DNA of 64,000 bases from Octopus vulgaris (GCA_951406725.2 OX597826.1:52762001-52826000); one strand, 5' to 3'. Positions 37,571 through 52,899 are shown, counted from the stretch's first letter. Program-made: numbers and translations. Notes: a model not told the origin generated them from the sequence alone.

Positions 37571-39573
37571 GGTACTCATATTTCCGGCATATTAGATTAG
37601 TTTGTTCAAAGTATTGGTAATCCAAGTGTCTTCAGCTTGAGGGATACTTCGTTCTGTAAAGGAAGTATCCCAAGCACGTCACGAGGAACTCCTTTCTGAG
37701 TAAATTCATGGTATCCCCTATATCAGCAGTCCTTCTGTTTTTAACTATGAGAGGAATTTCTTTACTTCCCGCCCCATCTGCCTTTTTTTTTTTCTCTCTT
37801 TTTGTGTGTGTATGAAATGCATTAACTCACTGTTGGTCTTCCGAATTGCAATGACAGTGCAGAAAACTAATTGATACTGCAGCTGTTAATTCTACTATTA
37901 TTGATATTCTTTTCTGTGTAGCCACCTACTGTGAACTGCGAACAGCTTATCATGCAATGTACCTTTTAACTCAATTCTCCTATCAGTTACTCTCACACAA
38001 TGCCGTCAAGAATCTAAAATTCCATTCTAGCCACCCAGTAACACCGAGTGAAATGCTCCTGTTCAGTGTTGTTACTGCTCTTGATGTTGCTATTGTTTTT
38101 TTACCTTTTTTGGTTTCATTTTTTGTATCTTCTGCTATTGCAGTAGTTGTAAATGATGATATTTCTCTTCTTGTTATTGTTTTTGTTATTGTCGTCTGAA
38201 AACATCAAATATGCAACTTCAAGCAATATAGATTTCTCTTACAATTTTACTCGAAATAACCCACATTATTCTTAGCTGATTACAAACTACAGGGAACGTC
38301 TATCTATTTTACTTAAAATATGTATGTTGCTCTTGTAGCGACAGCTAAAATATTACAGTTGTTTCAACAGAAAAATTTATTACGTAGCGATTTAAGGCTG
38401 ATTCAGAAATTCCTATAGAATTTAAACGATATGTAAAATTGAAATTCTAAAAGAACTCATGAATCCCTATCCCAGTGCGACTTCTGCGTTACCCTATACC
38501 TGCAACAATCATCAGAATTTCTCACATTTCATTATTTGCCAGGATTTCATAACACAAGGAGCATCCATACAACAGTTAACGCCTTGGTTTCACTGCATAA
38601 TAACAAAATGCAAGCACATGATTAATTCTAACATGTGCATTCAAATGCACCGAAAAGAAAAAAAAAACTGACGCCGATCCTAAGCTGTATCTTAATATGG
38701 TGCAACTGAAAGCTAATGTGTTGTTCTTAAGTGGGTCACGGCTAGAGATTTCAGTTTACTTACTAATGTCAACGACCTACAAACTACATTCAGCTTTAGC
38801 AGCCTTGCTGCTTGCAACTAGTAAGTTTCTATTAATAAACCAGAGCATATCAGTTAAAAACTGATTCACGCTGTCTCATCTATAGCTTGTTTGTTTGCCT
38901 GCTCAACTATCTCTCAGGGACTTTGTTTATTTTCCTACGCAGTCTTTAACAAGAAATTGCAAATTAAACTTACAGATGACGTTTGTCTAGTTAGGATTAC
39001 TTCCGATTTTTGTTCTCTCTTTTGTTGTTTAATATAAATTATTCTTAACTTGACACAAGTTTATATACACGTTTAACAGAGCGGTACATTTATTGCGCCA
39101 TCTGTAGTATTTTCTTGATGGCATTATCTGTAGGTATCAAAGAAATTGGTTTTATATCGAGAATCAGAAACAGTATTTTGAAGTTGATATCTCTTTACGG
39201 TACCCGTCGGTTCGTTCAAAATAAAAGCATTCAATCAAACTTTTTAAAGGAAAAGGTTTTCAAAGGGTTAAATATTGGAATAGTGTCATTCTGTTTCATA
39301 CAATGTAGATATGCTATAGATATTGGAATATGTTACATAAGATTGATATGTTACTCAAACGCAAACACTGAAGTTTGTTGAAGGAGGCAAATGCTATTAG
39401 TACTGAATACCACGTCTTCTGAAGGCAATCAGCGAACTGTGTATATCTATGGTAGTGATGTAAATAAAAATCAGTTGCGTCACTGATCATTAAGATCACT
39501 CGGGTAACTTATTCCAGCGATGTTCCCTGCCATTCTACCGCCTCCACCTAACTGAAAAGCTCTCTTTCTTTCA

Positions 39574-39648
<75 letters not shown>

Positions 39649-39779
39649 CATATATATATATAAGAGAAGATTACTCACCTCAATTTTCGAGAACCCCGAT
39701 AGTTTCAGGCTTCTCAAAAGGCACTTCCAACAGCTTTTTATTAACCCATTCTTTTAAAAGATCCCCACACCGTATGGGA

Positions 39780-41400
39780 ATTTTTCCCTTATAGTTTTAT
39801 AAACGTTTGACGATGTTTTAATTAATTGGGGGATTCGAGGATGAAATCCTCAAATTCCTTTCCTTCTGTCTTTATTTTGTTTTTGTTTTGATTTACAAAA
39901 TCCATCAATAATTCCCTGTTGCACTTGTTCACAACAGTGAAATTGATGGATGCATTTCGTCTACAGTCTGATGAATATTCTTGTTTTTGAAGTTCGGTAA
40001 TTGGTCGTTTCTGTTTCTGTGATGTCATGCTGTTGTTGATTATGTTGCTGTTTTTGAAGTTGTTATTCTTGTTCTTGTTTTTGTTGGAGCGGTTGTGAAT
40101 TGTGTTGCGGTTGTGGCCTCAGTATATCCTTTTGTTAAGTTCTTGGAGTAGGGCTATGGACTCTCCTCCTCTTTCGTCTCCCCACTTTTGTCACTGTCGT
40201 CCATTGATCGTTCAACTCTTCTTTCTCCATATCATTGCTGTTGAAGTTGGTTTAGGAAGTAGAGCATTCAGAAGGAGCTTGCTTTACCGTGGAAACCGGG
40301 GGGTAGACTCCTTATTTGTCTCGGTTTGAGAGTGGGTGTTTGCGTGGGTGTGAGTATAGGTGTAGGAGTCTTGAGCATTTGTTCATGATTTTGCGTTTGT
40401 TGTGTTTGTAATGTTGGCAGCAGTGAAGTTTAGTTTTTTCATATTTCAGAACAGAAAGCCTTTTAGTGAGTTACAGATCCACGTATGTGAAATCTTGACT
40501 TTCTACACTCCACTAACACTGACAGGAGATCGATTAGATTGGGCAGCTGGTCGATATGGTCCTGCTTACATTGTAAGGTCAGTTCCAAACCTATATCTAA
40601 CCAGTTTTGCTTAGGTATTATCTTGACCGCCAATATTGTCACTTCGTCTCCTTCTAAATCTGCCAAGATGGCCGCCACTAACCAGGTGATGGCTATTTCT
40701 GGCGGCAATTCTTCCGTCCCAAATCTCATCTCAGGAGTTCCAAACTTCTTTCCTCGGGTTATGTGAGCCTTCTGTTCCCATACGTGCCTGAGGCATTTTT
40801 GTATTTTGTTTTCAGGAGCATTGATTTAACTGCGATGCAGCGGTATGTGACGGTGCATCTTAAGATGTTCTCTATCACGTCTGATGGAGGGATTAGAGCT
40901 ACTTTTCTCTCATTCCTTTTTACAATTTTCCTGGCCACTTTTAGATCGTCTTCATCTATGCAGAAATCATTCAAATCGCAAAAAGATACCTGCTTTGTAG
41001 CGGAGGCTGCTGTGGAGGCGCTGAGAGTGGTGATATTCACGTTTCTAAATTTCACTTTGTAAGTATCGTTAGCACTGTTGTTGTTGTTTTTGTTGTTGTT
41101 GTTGTTGTTGCTGTTGTTGTTGCTGCTGCTGCTTCTGTTGTTGTTGTTGTCATTGCCGTCACCGAAAGTTTTGACATTACTAAGAGTCGAAACAGTATTC
41201 ACCTCGGTGACGTAATTAAATATAGGCCATTCTACATTTACGTTCTCATTTTCTTCGACAAAGGAACGTGTTCCTTTGTCGAACATTATGATGGCTTCTT
41301 CATCAACCATCTGAAACTCAATAATGAAAACAGCAAAATATTATTTTTTCCCCGAAAGTTAAGATTAAAAAAAATATTGATGCAAAATACAAAATAGGGT
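39780..41400 (-). mobile_element. Second Tx1/L1-like ORF1 remnant, related to 31425-33046
   Basis: TVTYRC..TRGKKFGTPEMRFGTEE|LPPEIAITWLVAAIL parallels TISYRT..ARGSEFGTVEVRF..IPPEIDVAWVADAVL. Confidence 0.6.
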
Positions 41401-42249
41401 GGGAGCTTCTACACAAAAATACGTAGTTAGAAAGAACTTATTTCTCTTTATTTTCCGAAAATCATTAACGTTTAAAATTCTATATATATTTCTTTACTAA
41501 CCCCCGGAGGCTAAACATAGAGAGGACAAACAAGGACAGACAAAGGGATTAAGTCGTATACATCGACCCCAGTGCGTAACTGGTACTTAATTTATCGACC
41601 CCGAAAGGATGAGAGGCAAAGTCGACCTCGGCGGAATTTGAACTCAGAACGTAGCGACAGACGAAATACCGCTAAGCATTTCGCCCGGCGCGCTAACGTT
41701 TATAGCAACACTCTATCTTGACCTTAGTCACAATTCCATCGTATTCTTTTTCTTCTCTGGTGTTCTCGCTCTCTCGCTTACTAATAACGGTAGTCTTTGT
41801 CTTTCACCATCCCTCTCTTCTATCTCGGTGAATGTTTTTATTTGTTTTGTTTTATCGGCAGTAAGAATCGCTACGCTGGCAGCATTCCCTCGGCAGTGAT
41901 GCTCCACCCTCATCCACGCCCTCCTCCTCCTCCTTCCCTTGTGTTGAATAACTTCCTCACTTCCGTGTTTACGACCACTTTTAAGCAGTCCTCTCGCTCT
42001 CCCTGTCGATTCGTCTTCCTTATTTCACGAGACATTTACCACCTGCATTGTGATAAAGAGCAAAGACCTCGCACCAACTTATCTAAGCAGGACTGGGTGT
42101 ATAGCAAATAGCTTGCTTACCAACCACATGGTTCTGTGTTCAGCTCCACTGTATGGCACCTTGGGCAAGTGTCTTCTGCTATAGCTTCGGGCCGACCAAA
42201 GCCCTGTGAGTGGATTTGGTAGACTTAAATCGAAGGAAGCCTGTCATAT

Positions 42250-42418
42250 AAATAAGAAAATGGACAAGCATCAGCTGGTAAATATTCTATTATATCTATT
42301 TATTAAATGGTTACAAACATATGTGATACAAATTAACTAATGAAATAAGTCAATAACTGCATAAACATATACATATATACATATATATATATATATACAT
42401 ATATATACATATATATAC

Positions 42419-42494
<76 letters not shown>

Positions 42495-42880
42495 AGAAAC
42501 AAATGAAGAATAATAGATGGGTGTACAGGTACCATAGTGCAACAAAAACTTCCAAGATTCAACAGACATTAGAAGGGTTTGTTCAATGTCTGTTCAATCT
42601 CTGTTCATCCCACCGTATCACTGACGTGGTGAAGAGAACTTGGAAGTTTTTGTTGCCGCATTGTAGAAACGGCCGTAAGGGATTAATATATGTACACTCA
42701 TCTAATATTACTTACTTGTTTATATATATATATATGTCTGTTTATGCAGTTATTGACTTATTTCATTCGTTAATTTCTATCACTCACACGTACATGTGTA
42801 ATCATTTAATAAATCGATATAACTAAATATTTACTGGCTGATATTTGTCGATTGTGTATCCTCCCCATTTTCTTATTTGC
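42250..42880. repeat. Diverged inverted-repeat element (Penelope-terminus-like)
   Basis: ~42250-42370 is inverted at ~42735-42880. Internal GAAAC-GGCC-GTA hammerhead 3' half at ~42666-42677. Confidence 0.6.
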
Positions 42881-43689
42881 CTTATAAATCGAGGATAAAT
42901 TTTTACACTCACCCATACCTAATACCCATATGCGATATTGCCATGCAATAGTAAGCACTTGGTTATAAGTAATTAGGTACATATCCAGTTGTATATTGGA
43001 TATTTAATATCCATTAGATAGTTTCTTAACCTCTAACTCCTACATAAATATATATATACATACATATTTTCTTTTATTCTTTTACTTGCTTCAGTCAATT
43101 GACTGCGATCATGCTGGAGTACCACCATGAAGGATTTTAGCGGAACAAATCGACACCAACATTTATTTCTTTTAAAACCTAGCACTTATTCCATCATACG
43201 TGTGTGTGTCTGTGTGTGTGTGTGTGTGTGTGTATACATATATGTGTGTGAATTGCTGTGTGGCAAGAAGCTTGCTTTCCAACCACATGGTTCCGGGTTC
43301 ACTCCCAATGCGTGGCAGCTTGGGCAAGTGTCTTCTGCTATAAGCTGGGGCGGACCAAAGCCTTGTGAGTGCATTTGGCAGACGGAAACTGAAAGAAGCT
43401 CGTCGTATATATATATAACAGAATGAAAGTATATATATATATATATATATGCGTGTGTTTGTCTGTGTGTCTGTGTTTGTACCCTCACCATCGCTTGTCG
43501 ACCAATGTTGTCGTATTTACGCCCCCGTAACCTAACGGCTCAGAATAAGAGACCGACAGAGTAAGTACTAGGCTTACTAAGAATAAGTCCTGGGGTCGAT
43601 TTCTTCGACTAAAGGCAGTGCTCTATCATGGTTGCAGTCAAATAACTGAAACAAGTAAAAGAATATATATATTATGGTGTGGTTGCATG

Positions 43690-44620
43690 TGGTGTGGTGT
43701 GGTGGTGTTGTGATGTGGGATAGGCGAGAGTGGGGGAAGCAAGGGTGGGGTGTAGGTTAGGCTGAGAGTGAGGCTAGAAGTGGGGTATGTGGGAGTGGGT
43801 GTAAGGGATGGGTAGGGGTAGATTATGTAGGGGGTTTACTAGTGAGGGGTTAAGATGAAGGGAGAGGGAAAAGGGAGAAGATGGGTAGGAGTGAAGAGAA
43901 GAGAGAATGAGAATTGGAGTGAAGAGAAGTAGAAGTTGGAGCAAGAGATGAGAGGTGGGTGGGAGGAGGTATGTGTGAGAGGTGGGAAGGTTAGATGAAG
44001 AGGGGAGGGAAGTTGAGCCCATGTAACGCAAAGCAGCGAAGAGAGAAGATTAATCCCTGTTCACGGCGAAAACGGGAGTCCGGATGGCCCCTGTGCAAGG
44101 ACAATCCGAACACAGACAGGTGTTGCAAAGAATGACTAGTAGAGAGGAAATGGCGCGATACCGGGATGTGATTGCTGAGTCGGATGTCTCGGCGGTGTTC
44201 CGCGAACCGGTCAGCCAAGGGGCGTCCCGTTTGCCCGATGTATAGAGAAGGGCAGACAGAGCAGGAAATGCAGTAGATGACATTGGTAGAAGTGCAGGTG
44301 AAGGAGTCGGTGATATGATAGGGTCGATGATGGGTGCCGGTGAGGAGGGTGTGTTGGAGAGGTAAGGGCAAGTGCGGCATCGTGGACGGGAGCAGGGGAA
44401 CGAGCCGGGGATTGGGAGGTTGGGTTAGGGAAGAAGCTGGGGACCAAGAGGTCTTGTAGGTTGTGGGCTCATTTGAAGGAGTGCAGGAGTTGATTATGGG
44501 AAGATGTGCGAAGCGGAGTGGTCGAACTGGAGCCGCCGGAAGGCTCGGAGAATGGTGCGTTGGAGAGGTAGGAAGGTGGGGTGCTAGGTGAGAGGAAACG
44601 GGAGACGGGAGACGGCGGGG
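43690..44620 (-). mobile_element. Penelope-like element fragment with intact-looking GIY-YIG domain
   Basis: ORF 43991-44710 contains FTCTSTNVIYCISCSVCPSLYIGQTGRPLADRFAEHRRDI..PVSRHF..RFRREQGLIFSL..HGLN. Confidence 0.9.
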
Positions 44621-44879
44621 CATATATACATATGTATATATACATATGTGTGTGTGTGTGTATTGTCGTATTACTCTTTTAAATTGATTCAGTCGTTGGA
44701 CTGTGACCATATTGGGGCGTGGCCTTGAAAGGTCTTAGTATATCTATTCTATCGGACTCTTTGGGCGGACCATAACGTGGCAAACAGACTTAAACCACTT
44801 TTTTATCCCTTAGAGAAAAGTAAATTACAAAGACACACACGCAAGCACACATACTCACGCACGCACGCGTGCACACACG

Positions 44880-44913
<34 letters not shown>

Positions 44914-45245
44914 TACACAAACATTCACACGTTTTGTTGACGACGTGTTTTCGAACGGTATTCGTCACGCAAATATTTTGCTGACCCCGGGTTCTATGCA
45001 TTGGTATTGAACCCCAAACCATGTGGTTGCGAAGCAAGCTTGTTATCCACTCCTTGATATATTTGTGTGTTTATGGTTTACTTATTGCCTGTGTGTTGCG
45101 TATTGTGCGCGTGTGTGTTCATTGTTTAACTAAATTATAGAAATATTATGGATGCTTTTTGCCAAACGCATGATTTTTGTTTTTGTTTTGATTTTTGCAT
45201 TTGTTCTTTTTTTTACTTTTTTTCTTCAATTCCATTCATTGCAAG

Positions 45246-45460
45246 CGAAGAAATTTAACAAGTACGTTACAATGACCCACAAGGAAAGGTCATCGTCATA
45301 TAATATGAAGCAAAATACGTCTGGGAGTAAAATGATAAGCGTAAATGACTACAGCGAAGTGGAAGTGCAGCAAGTGCTAAGCTCTATTAACTCATTAAAT
45401 ACATACAATAAACAACGCAAAAATGAAAAAAACTCGGGAAATCCATACGCAAAGATGAGT
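45246..45460 (+). CDS. Possible exon encoding a cytoplasmic segment with tyrosine motifs (3' boundary uncertain)
   Basis: Long polypyrimidine tract then AAG acceptor. Open frame [21 protein letters not shown]. Phase 1, compatible with 17784-17957. No strong donor. Confidence 0.3.
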
Positions 45461-45511
45461 GCTTCATACATTTCAAAACAGCTGCAACATGTGTGCATGT
45501 ATGTATGTATG

Positions 45512-45571
<60 letters not shown>

Positions 45572-45572
45572 C

Positions 45573-45633
<61 letters not shown>

Positions 45634-45660
45634 ATATGTGTGTGTGTATATATATGTATG

Positions 45661-45775
<115 letters not shown>

Positions 45776-46553
45776 TCCTCATCATCATCATCCTTTAACA
45801 TTCTTTTCCCATGCTGACATGGGTAGGACGGTTTCACAGTAACTGACAAGTCAGAAACTGCACCAACTCTGCGGTCTGCTTTGGTATGGTTTGCTATAGG
45901 TGGATGCTCTTCCTGATGCCAACTCCTTTACAGAGTATACTGGATGCTTTTTTACGTGACACCAGCAGCTATGAGGTCACCAAGTAAATTGCAGGAGACG
46001 GCTCCTCAACTGGTGGGACAGAGAAGGTGTTTTGCCTTGCATTAGAAAGCAGATATGGCTGCCTCAAATAGAGAAAGAGTAAAGAGTAGAGAAAGATGGT
46101 GAAGATGTGATGGGAAGGGAGTATGGGCGGTGCATCTAAGTTGCAAAGAGTCTATATAGTGGGGAATGGAGAGGAGGATTAGGTGGGTGGGTTCACAAGA
46201 TTGTGAAAGGAGTGGAAGTGAGAAGATGTAATGAGAGGCCACTGATAGGGGAAGAGAGTGTTAAGTGGATATGTTGTGGGGAAGGGATTTTACAGGGACA
46301 TATTTGTATGTGAGGAAGAACAGAAAGGAGAGGAAGGAGCGATAGTGGGGAAGGGGTAGGTTATGGGGAAGAGGGGAATGGACATGGACATGAACAGATG
46401 CATGCATGGTCATCTGGTTTTAAAATTCGCAATGAGACGGTTTGGGTTCAGGGCTACTGCGCAGCACCTAGTCGAAATGTTTTTTACGCACTCTAGGCCC
46501 GGGCCGACCAATGCGGTGTGAGTAAATTTGTTAAAACGAAATTCTATAAAAGC

Positions 46554-46626
<73 letters not shown>

Positions 46627-46669
46627 GGCTTTCATAGAGCCCCTATAAGATTAGATTTCTATCTCTCCA

Positions 46670-46790
46670 CCCTGAAGATGGAGGTCGGATTTTACCTAAT
46701 ACTTAAATGCTTATTGTTGCATATCCTTGACTTTTGCGAACTACAGCTGCCAGCATTAGTAATTCTGAGCCCCTAGAAACAATTGTCGGA
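46670..46790 (+). ncRNA. Penelope-type hammerhead-like motif with ~97-nt stem II insert
   Basis: CC-CTGAAGA (46672-46678) ... GAAAC-AATT-GTC-GG (46776-46789). Only a 2-bp stem I. Confidence 0.35.
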
Positions 46791-47269
46791 CCTGTAACAC
46801 CTTACCTTCTCCCCTTAATTTACTGTCTTTCTACTTCGTGTTAGTCTGCTCTGTTAATATATTTATTTATTTATTTATTTATTTATACATGAATAATTAT
46901 CGACTGAATGTTTTCAGTCTTTATTTACTCTTCATTTACATGTATATATGTATGTGTAGGTTATATATATGTAACCCAATCGGTTTTATTTGTTTATTTG
47001 CATCATTATCTCCATATTTCTCCATGTGGATTCCTCTTATAGCCACTCTTTACCCCGTGGACTAAGTAATTCAGCTGATCATATAGCAGAATCCTCACCA
47101 TCACACTACCTATGTGTTTAAAGATCATCATACCGTTTTAACTACATATATCAGTTTCTGCTTAGGCTCCTGCACTTATTACACATGCTTATAACACCAA
47201 TCAGCTATTTACTTTTTCCTATACCCAAACATGTTTTTGGAGTCGTATATATACGCGTTAAGCTAAATA

Positions 47270-48297
47270 TTATATACACTCTCTTCTGTAATTTATTAAA
47301 ATAATGGCAAGGGTTGCACAGTTAAATCATTTTCGACATAGTTCTCTTGCTTTTGATGCACTTCTTTGAGCGGTCTGCAAGGTTGCTTATTCCTTCGGAA
47401 AAGAAGACTTCGGCTGGTCGCGTAGCTATTTATGCATCACTATCTGTGCTTCGGCAACCCCTTAAAGCATGACTGAGTCTGAAGAGGTGATAGTCCGAAG
47501 AGCCAAAATCTTAACTGTATGCAGAGTGTTCTAGCAACTCGAAACCCAATTTTTCAATGGTTTCAATTGTGTTGGATGCCGTATTTGGGCGGGCATTGTT
47601 GTGCGACAATATCACTTGAGTTGACAATAGACCTTAGCGTTTGGTGAGAAATGCTGGTATCAGTTTGTTGGCCAGCAATTCATTACTGCCCACATTAGTG
47701 ATAATAGACCCATTTTCCGGGCATGGTTCAAGTATAGGCCCCTTTTATGTCCCAAGAAATGGTTAGTGTCCCGTCTGCGGAATGTTGAGGTTTGGATTCC
47801 TTTTCCACTAGCGATTCCGTGTGTCTCCACCCTATGATCTGCTTTTGGATTCAGGCTCAAAGGGATGAACCTAAGTTTCATCTCCTGTGACTAATTCTCT
47901 CCCAAACACCCCCCTCTTTATCATTGTAGCGGTCGAGTAAGCATTGATAGATCTCCACACGATTGCGCTTATGTGCTTGGAGTAACCCCTTGGCACAGCT
48001 TTCGATCCACTCATACTCAATTCTACTTGACTGAGCGCTGTTCCCGTATTGTATAGGAAGTCTGTGATGAATTTCAGCCCTTGACACACCTTCAGACCAG
48101 AGAAAACAGATCATTCATCTCTGTTTTTCCTTGGCGCACAGTGCCAGCGGAGCGGCCATGTTTACTCTATAACCAAAGAAAGAAAACTGGAGCGAAAACA
48201 CTCAAACTTCCGTTAAGTAATCACAAGAGTACCACTTTTTAGCACTCGGACGCTGAAGAAAGTTATGGTGAAACTGCGAATAACTTTTCACTCCTTC
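47270..48297 (-). mobile_element. Decayed mariner transposon
   Basis: MICFLWSEGVSRAEIHHRL HTH, VTGDET, and an SDYHLF-type C-terminal motif. Many lesions. Confidence 0.85.
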
Positions 48298-48693
48298 AAG
48301 CACACACACACATACACTCATATGTGTGTGTACATATATGTATGTGAATGTGTGTATATAAATGTGTCGCTATGGTTCTTGATGCCTTGTCATTGTGGTT
48401 TTGTCCCACGCCAGCTTTCACCGTTTCACCAATACGAAGTATGATAAAAGGGATTCTCAACCATAGCCATGTCATACATTTGTATATTTAGAGCTACAGT
48501 GGCCAATCCAATACCTTCTACATTTTGTAAGGCAATCGGTTATGAGTTTATAAAATGTGGTTAAAATTTCTAGGAGGTGGAACTAAGGACGGATCTCGCA
48601 GATAGTTGCTATATCACTGATATATATATGGGTGGGGTATGTCTTTGTGTGTGTATATATTCACACACACATTTATATATATACATATGTATG

Positions 48694-48749
<56 letters not shown>

Positions 48750-48857
48750 TATATATTATTTAACTGAATTCGACACATCCGAACATTTTTTAACTTTTTG
48801 GAACATTCTGTTTTTTTTTCTTATTCTGTTTACTCTTAATCCATTCATTGTTACTTT

Positions 48858-48891
<34 letters not shown>

Positions 48892-49157
48892 ATTTGCTCG
48901 TATTCCTTTATGTTGAAGAGCGTAGGTTCGAAACGTAAAAGGCCTTTCTCACCTTCCCGAGCGTCAAACACCTGCTTGTTGTTTATACACTTGTCTTCGT
49001 CTTTTGTTTTTCTGTAAATTTCAACTATATATACACACATGCATGCAAATAGGTAGATAATAAATATATATATTCAAATGTACATAAATATTGATGTCTG
49101 TACACACACGCACACACACACACATATGTATATTTATTTATATTTACATTTATATTT

Positions 49158-49525
49158 ATATCAAGGGAGATAGGGCGAAAACGAACTTTCTCCAACATGC
49201 TTTAAGTGCCGACACCTTGAAAAGCTACCAAAAACTCCAGTTAAAATATGGACATGGCTTAAAACGGGCTGGTGAGAGAAAATTAGAAAGGTTAAATTGG
49301 TTCTAATTTCTGAATTAAAAGAAGACTTAAGCCTTCTTCCTTTGTCAACACAATACACAGATAGGGGAAATATAAGTCCAAATAACTGTACATAATGTCC
49401 GAAGCAAGTTCGCACATCTATCTACATTCGTGTATATTTTAGCTGGAGTTTTGATAGTTTTTTAAGGTATCGGCACTTCAAGCATGCTGGAGAAAGATCG
49501 TTTTCGCCCGATCTTCCTTCATATA
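49158..49525. repeat. Imperfect ~90-bp inverted repeat (MITE-like)
   Basis: GGGCGAAAACGAACTTTCTCCAACATGCTTTAAGTGCCGACACCTTGAAAAGCTACCAAAACTCCAGTTAAAATAT is inverted at ~49435-49510. Confidence 0.7.
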
Positions 49526-49656
49526 ATTATATACATATACGCATTATTTTTAATTTAATGTAATATTAGCCCATAAATGTTGATAGCATGCTGACTACTT
49601 GATAAAAATCATTAACGTGATTTTTATCCTTATATTCTTATGTATGTATCATATAT

Positions 49657-49729
<73 letters not shown>

Positions 49730-50494
49730 TGTATGTATGTATGTATGTATGTATATATGCGTGGGTGGTGTGTCTTTATATTCAACTTTACTTGTAACGA
49801 TATACCGCTGTGTTTTCATGCACCATGCGCCTATGTGTGTGAACTTCTCAAGACGAATACCCCAGTATTCAGCGTTCAACAAGACATCCTCGTTAAGTTA
49901 GATATAAAGATTGCCTTTTGGTACTGATACTGCTTCTGTCACGAATACTTTTTTGTAATAATCTTGGAAGCTATGTGGGACATCAATGACTAAAAAAATT
50001 AATGGTATTCTATATATCTTAGCAACGAGATTTGATTGGTATGCGGTCGCCGGACGCCTGCCACTGAAGAAGTACAGTACACCGAAATCACATGATCGGG
50101 CGGTTCCGGTGCCCATACTAGACGATTCTCGTCTGCTATGATATATGCTTGTGCTTTTATGTACTATGCGTCAATATTCTCTTTTACTCTTTTACTCTTT
50201 TACTCTTTTAATTGTTTCAGTCATTTGACTGCGGCCATGCTGGAGCACCGCCTTTAATCGAGCAAATCGACCCCGGGACTTATAATATGTAAGGACTTCT
50301 CGAAGCGAGCAAAACTCGCACGTTAAATTGTAAATAAAGACTGCTTTTTGTACTAATACTGCTTACGTCTATCTATTTACTCATAAGGCCGGTTTGCCTT
50401 GAGCTATGATAGTCTCCCCACCTCATTTCATAGACGTCAGATATCGAGGTAAAGTTAGCATATAACTATCCAGAGAAAATATATCTATTATCTA

Positions 50495-51776
50495 CGAGGG
50501 GCGTTCAATAAGTAATGCCCCTGACCCACTTCCCATAGCAGTAGACCAACGAAACTTGGCACAGTTATTAGTCTTTTTCTACATAGGAACCACCCAGAGT
50601 TACGCATTTCTCCCATTGTTTGATGCAGCTCTGGAGTCCGTTTTTGTAGAAGACCCCAGCTTGGTCCTCCAACTTGAACGTGACTTCAGAAATCAAGGCT
50701 GCATCATCTGGGAAACGCTTTCCTTTCAAAAACAACTTCATGACTGGGAAGAGGTGAAAATCAGAGGGTGCAAGGTCAGGAAATTAGGGGGATGGGGGAG
50801 GAGTTCATAGCCATATGCCTGTGCCTCTGATCTGGCGACAAGCGAGTTGTGGACCGGAGCGCTGTCCTGCAGGAGGAGGATGCCTTTGCTGATCATGCCC
50901 CCGCCTCTTGATTTTGATAACTTCTCTTAATTTCCTCAAAAGTGAAGCATAATAGGCTCCTGCAGTTGTGGTACCCTTTGCCAAGAAATCTGTCATCACT
51001 ACTCCCAGAAGACTGTGAGCATGACCTTGCCAGCGGAGGGCTGCACCCTTGCCTTCTTTGGAGGGGGTGAGTCACGGTGCTTCCACTGCATTGACTGGGC
51101 TTTGGTCTCTGGATCATCGTGATGGACCCAGGTTTCATCCTGTGTAATCAGTCTTTTGAAACATTTAGACTCATCTTCTTGGCACATCTCCAAATTCACC
51201 CTCGAGCACTCGACGCGTTCTTGCTTCTGGAAAGGCGTGAGCAACCTCGGAATCCATCTGGCAGACACCTTTTGCATATGCAAATGGTCATGAATGATAG
51301 TTTCCACAGACCCGGTACTAATCTTGACCTCATGGGCTATTTGGCAAATAATTATGCGTCGATCTTCCAAAATGGCAGCCTCAACTTGACGGACAGATGC
51401 CTCATCAATGGCAGAAGGGGCGACCAGATCTGGGAGCTGTTTCCCACAGAGTTCCGACCATGTTTGAATTCACGATGCCAGCATTTTACAAGGTCATATG
51501 ATGGGGCATCATCACCATAAGTTACTTTCATTTCATCAAAAGTCTCCCGTGGTGTGCGTCCTTTCAAATACAAAAACCGGATCACTGCTCGACACTCAAC
51601 AGGCTCCATTTCACACTTGACTCGGTTCAAACACCTGTAAATCAGAAACCACAATTAATTCAGAGCTGTAAGTTGCCACTTACTCTATAGAGATATAAAT
51701 GATTGCACATGCAAAATTTCAGCTAGATCAAACAACTGCAAGTGGGTCAGAGGCATTACTTATTGAACGTCCCTCG
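50495..51776 (-). mobile_element. Full-length mariner transposon, frameshifted transposase
   Basis: TIRs CGAGGGGCGTTCAATAAGTAATGCCCCTGACCCACT / AGTGGGTCAGAGGCATTACTTATTGAACGTCCCTCG. TA TSDs at 50493-50494 and 51777-51778. Start MEPVECRAVIRFL at 51609, with WIPRLL, ITQDETW and DLAPSDFHLF motifs. Confidence 0.95.
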
Positions 51777-51980
51777 TACTTAATGACTAAATGTTACCGC
51801 TCAGTAATTTCATCATCTCTAGGAAAAATAAATTTAGCTTCCACTTAAGACAGTATTTTACAAAAATCTCTCCCTCAGCAACTGTTGCAAATAAAGAATA
51901 TATGCTTTCCTCTGTTATTTAGATTCTTTTCATTATATTTTTGTATGTGAACAAATTTAAAGAGTTAATACTATCATTAC

Positions 51981-52031
51981 CTGATCGAAACAGCAACAGC
52001 GGCGGCAACACGCTAGCATTAAGCGAGCAGA
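51981..52031 (-). CDS. Candidate 51-nt exon; contains ATG (52019) giving Cys-rich MLACCRRCCCFDQ
   Basis: Acceptor TTTGATCGTTTCTGTCAG and donor CAG|GTAATG. GC-rich island in AT-rich non-repeat DNA. Confidence 0.35.
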
Positions 52032-52899
52032 CTGACAGAAACGATCAAATATAGAATAATTTTTTAAAATATTTAATTTGACCTATATCTACTCATAAGA
52101 TATTTGCCTTTTATTTTTTCTGAGATTGATTAATTAAGCCCCAGTTAACCTGAACCTAATCCTTTGCAGTACCTATGATCTACTTTCTCATGCACTAGCT
52201 GCCCTTTTTCTGGAGTTCTTATCTTCAAAGTGCTGTTTTATGCTCCATAAAACAAGTTACGCCCTTTTCTAACACATGATGTCGAAGTTGAAAACCTGGT
52301 CGAAGCTACTCCTGTTCACTCAAATAGCTAATACTCGCATGTTAATGCCACTCCATTTTTTTGTATATAAATCTTTTAGCTTTTCAATTGTGTCAAACTG
52401 CTTAGTAAAACGAGAAATCAACAAAAGCACTACTGAATACATTTATTTGCGTATCTTTCGTTGTATAATTCAAATTCCACAGGAGTGGTCTATGCTTTCA
52501 CTACTCCGCAGTCTTTATAATAACTGTCAAGGATATACTAAGGTCGTTGACATCTAAAATACATCCGCCTCACTAAAGTGGACTGTATACTTAATTCAAT
52601 GTAGTTTATTGCGTTTTGAAGCTCATAGCAATTAGCTTTAATGTGTACAGCTTGTGAGCTTGCGTACTTTTGTACCGAATGCGAAATAAGAACCAAGTTC
52701 TCTCTGATATCTTATTGGTTACAATGTTCATCATGAAACCGGATTATTCGACAAATTTAGATGACCGTTTGTCGAATGAAAATAGAAATCCCATTTTAAT
52801 AAATATTAATTAGGTTTTAAGTATTTTCTATTATTTAAATGCAAACTAATTTTAATTGCTAAAGAAAAATAGATTTTCTTGTCAACAGACATTATTATG